Assembly (NCBI GenBank): GCA_012862495.1
Contig: BLSG01000297.1
Location: forward strand, 1 to 36,952
Direction: 5' to 3'
DNA: 36,952 nt
From: Thraustochytrium aureum
Taxonomy: Eukaryota
Shown: positions 20,386 to 30,165 of the stretch, piece by piece
Numbering within the stretch: the first letter of the stretch is position 1
Layout of the letters: each line of letters begins with the position of its first letter
Made by a program: the position numbers and the translations under genes
Notes under the pieces: model-generated
What the model was told of the DNA's origin: nothing
Databases searched by the model: none
The model's input: only the letters and a program-made list of their open reading frames with translations

Positions 20386-22264
20386 TTTTTGCTGGCTTGG
20401 CGGCAGGTAGCGTGGATGCGGGAGCCTGCGTGGATCCGCAACGCCCCGATGGTGCCAGAGCCGAGCTTGATGTCCATGCTGGGCGGCTGTGTCCTCGAGT
20501 TTGTGCAGCAAGGCCGCATCTGCCGCACCTTCATGCACGAAGACCAGCCTGACATCCTCCGGCTCAGCAACGGGGTGGCTGGCGGCATCTTCCGCGATTT
20601 CATTTTCGTCAAGGACCCAAAGATCGCGCGCGAGATCCTCGAAGAACCCAACACGTGCAAGCCGGAGCGCGGGTACCGCGCCTTCCGACGCCTGACCGGC
20701 TACAAGGGCAACTACGACTTTCTCAGCTCGCACAGCCACAAGGACCCGCTCTACGCCCGCACGCGCGTCCCGGCTTACGAGACGCTCATGTCTCGCACCG
20801 TCAAGTATTACGACACGCTCTTCCTCGACACGGTCCGGCGCGTGGTAAAGCGCTGCGGGGACACCGCTGACGGCCGCTTTCGCGTTGTGGACGAGATGCA
20901 CTCGGTCGCAACCTCACTGATCACCTCGGTCGGCTTTGACGAGCAGTCCGACAAGCTTGACAAGAACCTTTTCGATGCCGCAGTGTGGATCATCGGCGAC
21001 ATGATCGAGCGCCCCCAAAACAACTCGCTCAAGTTTCTGGACGACCTGCCGACGCCGCGCAACCGCGAGCTCAAGCGGCGCCAGGGCATTCTCATCGACA
21101 CCATCGAGACCATGATCGCCAACAAGCGCAGCAAGCCGGGCGACGACGTCATCAGCAAACTGCTCGAGGACAAGGAAAACACCAGCGCCGACCTCCTCGG
21201 CGTGCTCTCGATTTTTTCTTCGCGGGCTTCGACACGACTTCCAACACAATGTCCATGGTCCTCTTCCACCTTGCGCAAAACCCGGACGTGCAGGAGCGCG
21301 CGCGGCGCGACGTGTTTGAGGTCATGGGCCGCAACAAGGAGCCCAAGCTGCACAAGCTCTTCCACATGCAGTACCTGCTGGCGGTTATCAAAGAGATCCT
21401 GCGCCTTTATCCGACCGTGCCGATGGTGACACGCGAGGTCACGGAAAAACACGCTGATGGGGTCTGCCCACGCTTCAAAGAGGAGTCCACATTTGGAACT
21501 GTCATCAACATGTTCGGACTCCACTACAACCCCAAGGGCTGGAACCGTCCCACCGAGTTTGTGCCCGAGCGGTGGATCGACCCCAGCGTCGACGCTGACC
21601 GCGACCCCGACCAGCGCCTGTACTGCCCGTTTGCGATCGGGAAGCGCGCCTGCTTGGGCCGCCAGTTCGCCTACATCGAGATGCTCACGGTGGTGTCGAT
21701 GTTTCTGCAAAACTACCGCATTCTCCCTGGCACGAACAGCGAAGTGAAAATCCACGAGGGCGGGACCCTCGTCGTTGACCACAACCTCGAGCTCATCCTC
21801 GAGCCGTACGAGCCTGGCAAGGAGCTGCAGACCTCGACGAGCAAGCTGCTTCGCAACCTCCAGGTCGAGCCGGAGTTTACCTTGGAGGAGGTGGCCCGCC
21901 ACCACACCGTCGACGATCTATGGATGATCATCGACGGCGGGGTCTACGACCTGACGCGGTACGCCAAGATGGCAAAAAGGCGCGCCACCCAGGTGGAGTG
22001 GACATTCTCGTTGCGTATGCAGGCTCGGACGGGACCGCCGAGTTTGACTTTATCAACCACTCCAAGTTTGCGCGGCGCTTGCTGAGCAGGTACCGGATTG
22101 GCAAGGTGGCTTCAGAAGACGCCTCGGAGCTCCTCAACAAAGAGGACACCACCAAGCATATTCTTGGCAGCGACATAGCTCGTGGCCGCCGCCGCCGAAC
22201 CACGGTGCCGGTCATGAGCGACGGCTACGCAGAGCAGCCGCCAATGCGCAACTACAAACGGTAG
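20386..22264 (+). CDS. Cytochrome P450 fused to a C-terminal cytochrome b5 heme-binding domain (N-terminus in gap; 1-nt frameshifts at about 21212-21217 and 21966-21968)
   Basis: P450 motifs: I-helix AGFDTT, K-helix EILR, PERW, heme motif PFAIGKRACLG. The same frame continues into FTLEEVARHHTVDDLWMIIDGGVYDLT; after a 1-nt correction it reads HPGGVDILVAYAGSDGTAEFDFINHSKFARRLLSRYRIGKV (b5 with both axial His). TAG at 22262-22264. Confidence 0.9.
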
Positions 22265-22619
22265 AAAGTCAGAACAGGATTTGGCGCCTGCTTGGGCGGC
22301 GCGCACCGCTTCGGCCTGATGACCGTGGGTGCACAAGGCAGCCCCGCCCTGCGCCGGACGACAGTACCTAGGCCTATGTGCTAACGAACGAATTTGTGCA
22401 AGTGACCAGGCACGCCCAGTGCATTGCGGGCTTGGGGCGTCTGCAGTAGACACGTCGGGTGGCTGGCGTTTGCAAGAGGACGTCTGGGCAAGTAGCGGCT
22501 GTTGTGGTGGAGTCAGGCGACCCAGCGCCCTCTGACGGCGGACGCACAATAAAGCTCTGATGAGATGAACGACCAGGTGCTGACCAGATGTTGAAGCGTT
22601 GGGGCGCCGTAGGCGATTG

Positions 22620-22621
<2 letters not shown>

Positions 22622-22650
<29 letters not shown>
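22622..22650. repeat. (CT)n microsatellite running into a gap
   Basis: tctctctctctctctctctctctctctct, then Ns. Confidence 0.95.
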
Positions 22651-22937
22651 NNNNNNNNNNNNNNNNNNNNNNNNNNNNNNNNNNNNNNNNNNNNNNNNNN
22701 NNNNNNNNNNNNNNNNNNNNNNNNNNNNNNNNNNNNNNNNNNNNNNNNNNNNNNNNNNNNNNNNNNNNNNNNNNNNNNNNNNNNNNNNNNNNNNNNNNNN
22801 NNNNNNNNNNNNNNNNNNNNNNNNNNNNNNNNNNNNNNNNNNNNNNNNNNNNNNNNNNNNNNNNNNNNNNNNNNNNNNNNNNNNNNNNNNNNNNNNNNNN
22901 NNNNNNNNNNNNNNNNNNNNNNNNNNNNNNNNNNNNN

Positions 22938-23135
22938 GAGCTTGGCGCGGCGCTTGGCGCGACTCTCGTCGCTGCACGTGAATACGTCAAGTCAGCATTT
23001 GCGCTGCTGCACGATGCGGGCAGAGGCGCACCGATCGGCGGCGAGGTGCGGCTCCCGCTGACGGCGCCGGTGATGTGGCAGAGTCAACGACCACGTCCTT
23101 GCGAGTACGCCAGGCGCGCAAGCCGAAGTGAGTAG
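22938..23135 (+). CDS. Possible 3' fragment of a gene whose remainder is in the gap
   Basis: ELGAALGATLVAAREYVKSAFALLHDAG... is open from the gap edge to TAG. No family recognised. Confidence 0.3.
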   Translation, partial: ELGAALGATLVAAREYVKSAFALLHDAGRGAPIGGEVRLPLTAPVMWQSQRPRPCEYARRASRSE

Positions 23136-23547
23136 ACTGAACCGCGCAAGAATCAATTCATCGTTTGTCAATCAAGTCCGAGTCAACAGCATTCGAATAA
23201 ATCAGCCAACTGGATGGCCGGCGCTCACTGGCTTTGGCCAAAGTCAAGTGCTCTAGAGCGAGCGACAGCAAGATGACACCTTTGAAGCAACAAGGAAGTT
23301 GCAAAGGTGGATGATGAAGGTGAAGGTGGCGCTGTCACCGTGAAAGACTCCCTTGGCCACCTTTTCCGGCGCGATGCGAGCTGGGCCCGAGTCGCCCTCG
23401 CCAGGGTCTTGAGGGACGATCACTTGCCCCTCCGGCCGCATCGGCGCCGCCAGCGCCTGCTGAAGGCTGATGTTGGGTGGCAACCGGGTGGACCAATAAC
23501 ACCAAGGATCAGCACAACGCATTGTCAGATTCTGTGGGCAAGCCAAT

Positions 23548-26286
23548 CTACGGAATGTTTTGCCAGAGCGGATGCGGCCATCCGCGCCAGCAGAGAATAG
23601 GCCACGGCTGTGTTGGGTGGAAAACGCAATGGAGTACACCGAGGCCGTCAAGTGTGGGCGTGTGGCCGCGCAAGACTTTGACCGGGACAAGAAACGGGTC
23701 CTTGGCAAAGTCATCAAAGACGCGCGCATGGAACACGTGCACGGTTCCATCGTCCGCGCAGCTCGCCATCAGCGGGTACCGCGGATGAAAGTTGACCCCC
23801 CGCACTGCTCGGCGGTGGTATTTGAAGGTCTTCCACGGCTTGCTTGACAGGTCCATGTCAAACCACGCCACGCGGCGGTCGTAAGAGCTGACAACGAGGT
23901 CGTCGCCCTTGGGATGAAGCGCCATGTCGGAGATCCAGCGCACACTGCTCCGCAACTGCGCCATACGGACTTGCTTGAGCAGGTGGTAGACGTTGACCAC
24001 CAACTTGGTGGCGACGAACAGGATTGGCTTCTTGTTGTGGAACAGCACCTTTTGAACTCGCTGGGACTTTTTGAACGCGAGAGGTTGCTGCGATATGCGC
24101 TTGCTGACGTGGTGGATGGTGACCTGCGCGTTGGCGCGCTGCGAGTTGCACACCGTGGCGAGGTACTCGCCCTTGGCATGCCAGACCACGTTGGTGACGT
24201 CGCCCTGACCCTTGGCCTTGTACAAGATGGTCGTTTTGCAGAGCTCCCCCTCGGCGATTGCGGTCGGGCTCGAAAAGTCGCCGTCTTGGACCCAGCCTGC
24301 GATCCCCTTGCTCTCCCGCAGCGCCTGCTTGCGCTTGACGGCCTCTTCCACGGTCTTGGCCTCCTCGTCGACCTCGCTCTCTTTGTCACTCTCGTCGGCC
24401 TCTGCTCGCGCCGCTTTGAGCTTCTCCTTGAGCGCGAGCTTTTCTTCCATCTCCTTGACGCGCGCGGCATACTTGTTCACTGCGGCGCGCTCCTCGTCGG
24501 CGTTCTCCTCGTCGCTTCCCACCGCAGCTTGATCATCGTCGTCGTCGTCGTCGTCATCCTCGGTCTGCATGGCGCCGCTCAAGAGCGAAAATGTCGCCTC
24601 CGCATCTTCGGCCGAGCAGGCCGTGCCGGCGCCGCCGTGCAAAAGCACAACGCGCCCCGCGATGGCGACGGCGAGCACGCGGTAGCGCGCCTGCGGGTTC
24701 CAGGAGAGGCTTACGATCGGCGGCTTTGTGAGGTGCGCGTCCTCCTCGTCGCCGGACATGGCCTCCTCGCCCTCCTCCTGGTCCTTGGCCTTGTCCGCTT
24801 CCGAGTCGGAGTCGGAGTCGCCCGCGGCCTTGCGAGCCGCCTTCTCTTCGCGGCGCCGCTCCCGCCGCGCCTCGAGCCAGGCGCGGTCCAGCTTGCTGCT
24901 GATGTCGTACGAGGCCAGGCAGCGGCCCGTGTCGACCTCCCAGATGCGAACAATCTGGTCTTCGCCGCCCGAGGCGAGGAGCTCGCCTGTTGGGTTGATT
25001 GCGATCGCGCGCACGCGGCCGTGGTGGCCAAAGTAGGTGACTGCAAGCGTGGTCGGGTACGGGCGCAGCTCGCTGGCCTTGGGGAGCTTGGGCACGAGCG
25101 TTTCGGGATCGATGTTGAGCCGGCGCTCCTCTGTGCGAGGGCACATGTACAGGTCGAGGCAGCGCTCGAACCGCTCGCGCACAAAGTTTTGGTACCGCGG
25201 GATATTGCGCATCGACCCGAAGTCCTGCGGCAGGAAGTTGAGCCTGCGGTCGTCCGGGTGCGCCTCGAGCCACGCCTTGGCCTCTTCCGGGGTCGGCAAG
25301 TACTCTGCGGGCGGGTGGTACGACTCGCGGTGGCTGGGCGGGCGCACCTTTGGCGCCGGGATGTGCTTTGGCGCTTTGCGGCGCTTGACGGCGTCCTCGA
25401 CGGTGTCGTCCTCGCCCCACATGAGGAAAAAGTCGGGTTTGGGCTTTTGCTCGCCGCGTGGGCCCAGCTTGAGGCGCCCCTCCTTTATGCCGCGCGCGAT
25501 TTTGAGGATCTTCATGCGCTCCCACTTGCTCGGCACGAACCGGCTCTTGGGCTCTGGCGCGCTGCTGAGCGGCATGATCGACTTTTCGCTCGTGAACCAG
25601 TCCACATAGTCGGGCTCGGCGTCCATGCCCGCCTCGGGAAACTTGCCCTGGAGCAGGCGCTTGATCATGGCCATCTCGCGGCTCGTCAGCACGGTGCTCG
25701 TGTCGTTCCGCGCGTCGTGGACCGTGCGCCGCCAGTTCGGGTCGTCCTTGCTTGCGAGGTATTTGTCGACCTCGTCCATGCCTTCTTTCTTCATGATTCG
25801 GCGGCCCGCTTTGTCGTAGCCGATGTGGTCGAACTCGTCGTACCAGTGGAGCGGCACGTTGCCGATCGTGTTGCGCTCCTGCTCTTCGTCGGACGAGGCG
25901 TCCCCTTCGGCGCGGACTTGCTCATCTCCGCGTAAGACGAGTCGGGGCTTGTTCTTGCCGTCCGACTTGCCTTTACTACCACTCTGGGGCTTGAAGCTGG
26001 GTCGGTCGTCCTTGCGCGGTCTGCGCGCCGCCGAGCGGTCCAGTTTTGCCTCGCCCTCCGCGCTGCTGCTTTCGCCGTCATCTGACGACTCGGCAAGTTC
26101 CGCCTCCTCGTCCTCGTCCTCGTCGGACTCGCCCTCAATAACCTCCTCGACGTCGTCGTCCTCGCTGCCGGAAGCGCCCTCGTCGGCCGAGTCCTCGTCG
26201 GCGACCTGAGCCATGGCCTCTACCGCCTTCGCGTCAGGGCGTCGTCCCGAGGCGCGAGTCCCGCGTCCGGTCCCCGTGGACCTCAT
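23548..26286 (-). CDS. BOP1: Ribosome biogenesis protein BOP1/Erb1 (PeBoW complex WD40 protein)
   Basis: SSDEEQERNTIGNVPLHWYDEFDHIGYDKAG, PEPKSRFVPSKWE, HRESYHPPAEYLPT, ERFERCLDLYMCPR, LPKASELRPYPT, WD40 repeats and WFDMDLSSKPWKT. Likely ATG at 26286 (alternative 26214). A compensating indel pair near 23600 and 23568 masks the canonical end WLFSAGADGRIRLW. Confidence 0.97.
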   Translation of the reverse strand: MRSTGTGRGTRASGRRPDAKAVEAMAQVADEDSADEGASGSEDDDVEEVIEGESDEDEDEEAELAESSDDGESSSAEGEAKLDRSAARRPRKDDRPSFKPQSGSKGKSDGKNKPRLVLRGDEQVRAEGDASSDEEQERNTIGNVPLHWYDEFDHIGYDKAGRRIMKKEGMDEVDKYLASKDDPNWRRTVHDARNDTSTVLTSREMAMIKRLLQGKFPEAGMDAEPDYVDWFTSEKSIMPLSSAPEPKSRFVPSKWERMKILKIARGIKEGRLKLGPRGEQKPKPDFFLMWGEDDTVEDAVKRRKAPKHIPAPKVRPPSHRESYHPPAEYLPTPEEAKAWLEAHPDDRRLNFLPQDFGSMRNIPRYQNFVRERFERCLDLYMCPRTEERRLNIDPETLVPKLPKASELRPYPTTLAVTYFGHHGRVRAIAINPTGELLASGGEDQIVRIWEVDTGRCLASYDISSKLDRAWLEARRERRREEKAARKAAGDSDSDSEADKAKDQEEGEEAMSGDEEDAHLTKPPIVSLSWNPQARYRVLAVAIAGRVVLLHGGAGTACSAEDAEATFSLLSGAMQTEDDDDDDDDDQAAVGSDEENADEERAAVNKYAARVKEMEEKLALKEKLKAARAEADESDKESEVDEEAKTVEEAVKRKQALRESKGIAGWVQDGDFSSPTAIAEGELCKTTILYKAKGQGDVTNVVWHAKGEYLATVCNSQRANAQVTIHHVSKRISQQPLAFKKSQRVQKVLFHNKKPILFVATKLVVNVYHLLKQVRMAQLRSSVRWISDMALHPKGDDLVVSSYDRRVAWFDMDLSSKPWKTFKYHRRAVRGVNFHPRYPLMASCADDGTVHVFHARVFDDFAKDPFLVPVKVLRGHTPTLDGLGVLHCVFHPTQPWPILCWRGWPHPLWQNIP

Positions 26287-26293
26287 TCTCGCC

Positions 26294-26386
26294 CGCACGT
26301 ACGCAAGCACGCCCACACGAACGAACGCGCCCACGAACGCACGTACGCAAGCACGCCCACACGAACGAACGCGCCCACGAACGCAC
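26294..26386. repeat. 44-bp direct repeat x2 immediately upstream of BOP1
   Basis: CGCACGTACGCAAGCACGCCCACACGAACGAACGCGCCCACGAA at 26294 and 26338, followed by a partial third start. Confidence 0.9.
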
Positions 26387-26859
26387 TACGCCGCGCAAGA
26401 CGCGCCTCGCCGGCCGCGTTCGCGCCCCGTGCGCGTCAATCCGCCACAGGATCCGCCTGAAAATCCGCAAAATTCCGCCCGCGACCGCGGATCAAAAGCG
26501 AGCGACTTCGCCGCGCAAGCACGCAGCGCGCCGCGAGGGAGCAGCGGGCAGCGGGCGCCGCGCAGCAGGCCCCAACGCAACGCAAGGCAAGCAGGCGGGC
26601 AGGCAGGCAGGCAAGCGGCTGCGGGGCGGGCGAAAGCGCGGTGCGCGAATGGCCTCTGCCTCTGCTTGCCTTGCCCCACCGGTTTCCGTTCCCCACACAC
26701 CCTCTCCGGCGCGTTCCTCTCAATCAAGAACAACCTCTGCGAAGGCTGCGCACACCTTGCCCGGGCGTTTCTCTCAAAATGCACACACGCGGTGGGCGCA
26801 CTGCGCGTTTCTCAGAACACTTTCGCGCAAGGTGCGCTCGAGTTCTCTTAAGCTTGTAC

Positions 26860-26911
26860 TGACGCAATATGCGTTAGAGGGCGAGTGAATGACGTCATGG
26901 ACCGGTGACGT
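26860..26911. promoter_or_regulatory. Cluster of TGACG (CRE/bZIP-type) cores including a perfect ATGACGTCAT palindrome
   Basis: TGACGCAA at 26860, ATGACGTCAT at 26889-26898 and TGACGT at 26906, upstream of BOP1. Function is inferred only. Confidence 0.4.
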
Positions 26912-28035
26912 AGTGGAGATAAGGGAGTTGCGTTTGATACGCAATTCCTGGTGAAAGGGAAAAAAGGAGTAAAACCTTTGATTGTTTGACAACGACAACG
27001 GCGGCTCGTGGGCGGGCGAGCGGCCCGGTGGAGGCAGGCTTGGTCGGTGGCTCTGTCGCTCACGACGACCGCGCGAGTATCGGGCGAGTCGCGCGGCGGC
27101 CCCGTTTGGGGTCTGCTCCGACTCGGCCCTTCGGGGGGTTTGGGGCAGAGTTTTTTTTTCGAATTGACGCGTTTGGTTTTTCGGCTGGTTTGGGGCCTGA
27201 CAAGCCCCGTTCGGCGGGCCAGCAGGCGAGGGAATGCCTGACGCTCCTNNNNNNNNNNNNNNNNNNNNNNNNNNNNNNNNNNNNNNNNNNNNNNNNNNNN
27301 NNNNNNNNNNNNNNNNNNNNNNNNNNNNNNNNNNNNNNNNNNNNNNNNNNNNNNNNNNNNNNNNNNNNNNNNNNNNNNNNNNNNNNNNNNNNNNNNNNNN
27401 NNNNNNNNNNNNNNNNNNNNNNNNNNNNNNNNNNNNNNNNNNNNNNNNNNNNNNNNNNNNNNNNNNNNNNNNNNNNNNNNNNNNNNNNNNNNNNNNNNNN
27501 NNNNNNNNNNNNNNNNNNNNNNNNNNNNNNNNNNNNNNNNNNNNNNNNNNNNNNNNNNNNNNNNNNNNNNNNNNNNNNNNNNNNNNNNNNNNNNNNNNNN
27601 NNNNNNNNNNNNNNNNNNNNNNNNNNNNNNNNNNNNNNNNNNNNNNNNNNNNNNNNNNNNNNNNNNNNNNNNNNNNNNNNNNNNNNNNNNNNNNNNNNNN
27701 NNNNNNNNNNNNNNNNNNNNNNNNNNNNNNNNNNNNNNNNNNNNNNNNNNNNNNNNNNNNNNNNNNNNNNNNNNNNNNNNNNNNNNNNNNNNNNNNNNNN
27801 NNNNNNNNNNNNNNNNNNNNNNNNNNNNNNNNNNNNNNNNNNNNNNNNNNNNNNNNNNNNNNNNNNNNNNNNNNNNNNNNNNNNNNNNNNNNNNNNNNNN
27901 NNNNNNNNNNNNNNNNNNNNNNNNNNNNNNNNNNNNNNNNNNNNNNNNNNNNNNNNNNNNNNNNNNNNNNNNNNNNNNNNNNNNNNNNNNNNNNNNNNNN
28001 NNNNNNNNNNNNNNNNNNNNNNNNNNNNNNNNNAT

Positions 28036-28260
28036 GCAAGCCTACTTGACCGCTTGGAGAAGGCAGAGGCCGCTCGGGCGCCTTGCGACCGCCCCGCGAC
28101 CGGGCCGAGCGCCCTAGTCGCAAGCCGCGGGTTGGGACCACGCGGTTTGCCATGCGACGACGGGGCGGGGCCGCTGCTCCAACCCCCCGCTGCGCAACTT
28201 GCAAGCGAGGATGCCTGGTACGCGTCGCTGATGGACCGTCTGGCGACGCGGGCCCCGTAG
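28036..28260 (+). CDS. Possible 3' fragment of a gene lying mostly in the 27249-28033 gap
   Basis: ASLLDRLEKAEAAR...EDAWYASLMDRLATRAP* is open from the gap edge and convergent with the EF-hand gene. Confidence 0.4.
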   Translation, partial: ASLLDRLEKAEAARAPCDRPATGPSALVASRGLGPRGLPCDDGAGPLLQPPAAQLASEDAWYASLMDRLATRAP

Positions 28261-28480
28261 AGGGCCTCGGCCGCGGGGCGCGAACTTGGGAAAGCATTTG
28301 AAAATCAGCATACACCGCTATTGAACTCAATCGACACTTGCTCGGAGCTCGAGCAGAGCTTCGAGACGTAGAGCCCTCTGTACCAACTGGTACAAGGTCG
28401 CCACTTCGGAGGTCCATCGCCTGGCGCCAACCCAAATAGCATTTCAAGACACAAACTCAGGGGAAACGAGGTGCAGTGGG

Positions 28481-29635
28481 TCAGCTCGGCGCAGCGAATA
28501 TTCCTGCCGTCACCGAGGCGCGGAGCGGTGCACGGCGCGACGCTGGTGACTTGGTCGGGTGGCGAATAGTGCGTGGCCTTGTTGGGATTGCAAGCCTCGA
28601 CTCTGTCCCGAGCACACTGCGAGCGACCTGGATTGCCTTTTGCTTGGAGGACGTCTCGAGCCGAACCGAACGCCCTTTCAAAAGGTCCCACGCCTGAGCC
28701 GAAGCCACTTGGGCCCGTCGGTCAAAGCGGTTGTGCTTCCAGTGGCCGGCCTCAAAGGCTCCAAGGCCTGCCCTCGGCACCATTTGCTCGTGCATGTGGA
28801 AGGGCGGCAGGAACCCAGCGCGCATCCGGGCCTCGTACCTCGACTTCATCGAATGGCGAAGACGCTTTTCAAGAAGGCCGTCGCGCGCTGCGCTTGCTCG
28901 CAGGATCTCCCGACGGCGCGCGTCGCGGCGGCGACCTACCTCCTCTTTGAGCCTCGCAGTGCTGTCGTCGTCGTTGAGCGAGCTGGGCAGGACCGGGACT
29001 TGAAACAGTGTCAGAAACCGCGCGTACCTGACTCGGTCCGGGAGCACCGTAGATGCGTCAGTCGCTTTGCCCGCGATCTCGTCGATGATCTTTTGCCGCC
29101 GAAAGTTGGTGGCGAACTGGAAGAAGGCCAGGTCCCACTTGGCCGCTTCGCGTTCGTCCTGCAGCTGGAAAAACTCTTGGTCGACGAGGTCGCTGGTCAT
29201 TACGGTCACAAACTCCTCAAAGTCGATCGAGCCCGAGTTGTCGGCATCCATGTACAAGAACTGCTCGAGGATCTTGTCTTGCTCGGCCTCCAGGCCAAGA
29301 AACTTCATGGCGAGCTCGAGCTCGCACACCTCGATGCAGCCGGACCCGTCCTCGTCGAGGTGATCAAACATCTCCTTGAGCTGCCTCACGCGGTCCTCGT
29401 CTAGGCACTGCCGCGAAACCTTCTTCTGCTTGTGGTGCTTTTCGAGCCATCGCACCGTGTCAAACCCGTACACAGACTTGATCCTCACCTTGCCCTCCTC
29501 GCCGCGCAGCAGGGCGCGGCCCGTCTCGCCCTGCTTGGCGAGGCTGTCTGCAGCGACCATCAACCCGACGCCACCTGCTCGGCGTCCCCTGCGGCCTCCA
29601 CCCCGCCAACCAATCCGCGTCTGACCGCGGACCAT
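28481..29635 (-). CDS. EF-hand calcium-binding protein (one centrin/calmodulin-like pair) with a long basic C-terminal extension
   Basis: LKEMFDHLDEDGSGCIEVCEL and FLYMDADNSGSIDFEEFVTVM are canonical EF-hand loops; intact ORF. Confidence 0.85.
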   Translation of the reverse strand: MVRGQTRIGWRGGGRRGRRAGGVGLMVAADSLAKQGETGRALLRGEEGKVRIKSVYGFDTVRWLEKHHKQKKVSRQCLDEDRVRQLKEMFDHLDEDGSGCIEVCELELAMKFLGLEAEQDKILEQFLYMDADNSGSIDFEEFVTVMTSDLVDQEFFQLQDEREAAKWDLAFFQFATNFRRQKIIDEIAGKATDASTVLPDRVRYARFLTLFQVPVLPSSLNDDDSTARLKEEVGRRRDARRREILRASAARDGLLEKRLRHSMKSRYEARMRAGFLPPFHMHEQMVPRAGLGAFEAGHWKHNRFDRRAQVASAQAWDLLKGRSVRLETSSKQKAIQVARSVLGTESRLAIPTRPRTIRHPTKSPASRRAPLRASVTAGIFAAPS

Positions 29636-29774
29636 TATTGCTCGGCGTCGCGCTTTTTCGCCCTATTCACACTTTTCAATCCCGCGCCGCGACGATATGC
29701 CAGAGTCTGGCGTTCCTCCTGGTTTCCTCTCGGCAAGGGCCAGATTTGCCCTCGCTGTTCGCTTCTCCAATCTG

Positions 29775-30056
29775 GCCCTGACGCGCGAGACTGCTTGGCC
29801 AGACGAGCAAGGCTTGTCGCCCTGACGCGCGAGACTGCTTGGCCAGACGAGCAAGACTTGTCGCCCTGACGCCCGAGACTGCGTGGCCAGCCACGGAAGA
29901 CTTCCCTCAAACGCCGCGAGACTGCTTGGCCAGACGAGCAAGGCTTGTCGCCCTGACGCACGAGACTGCTTGCCCAGACGAGCAAGACTTGTCGCCCTGA
30001 CGCCCGAGACTGCGTGGCCAGCCACGGAAGACTTCCCTCAAACGCCGCAAGACTGC
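29775..30056. repeat. Minisatellite: ~44-bp monomers organised as a 131-bp higher-order unit (44+44+43) x2
   Basis: Monomer GCCCTGACGCGCGAGACTGCTTGGCCAGACGAGCAAG(G/A)CTTGTC at 29775 and 29819, with a variant at 29863. The register recurs at +131 (29786, 29917, 30048). Confidence 0.92.
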
Positions 30057-30165
30057 CTCGACCGGTCGCGCCGCTGGCCGCCAGTCGCCGTGCGGAGCTG
30101 CGCTCGAGGCCCAACGCTGTGCTTCGCGTCGCTCATCGGCTGCGCGGAGGGCCTAAACGCAGGAA

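Noticed and set aside
18122..22264. CSN8 and the P450 as pseudogenes
   Set aside because: All key motifs are intact, there are no in-frame stops once the single-base slips are fixed, and the same defect type also affects the essential BOP1 gene.
23914..25935. 673-aa + strand ORF and similar long antisense or overlapping ORFs
   Set aside because: These are shadow frames of GC3-rich real genes (here BOP1) with no recognisable motifs.
10641..26286. A functional proteostasis gene cluster (UFD1, PIH1, CSN8, BOP1) or a biosynthetic cluster (P450, sulfotransferase, oxidoreductase)
   Set aside because: The genes are interspersed with unrelated ones, no backbone synthase is present, and adjacency of housekeeping genes is expected in a compact eukaryotic genome.
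29775..30056. CRISPR-like array
   Set aside because: Monomers are contiguous with no unique spacers, there are no cas genes, and the context is eukaryotic. It is a minisatellite.
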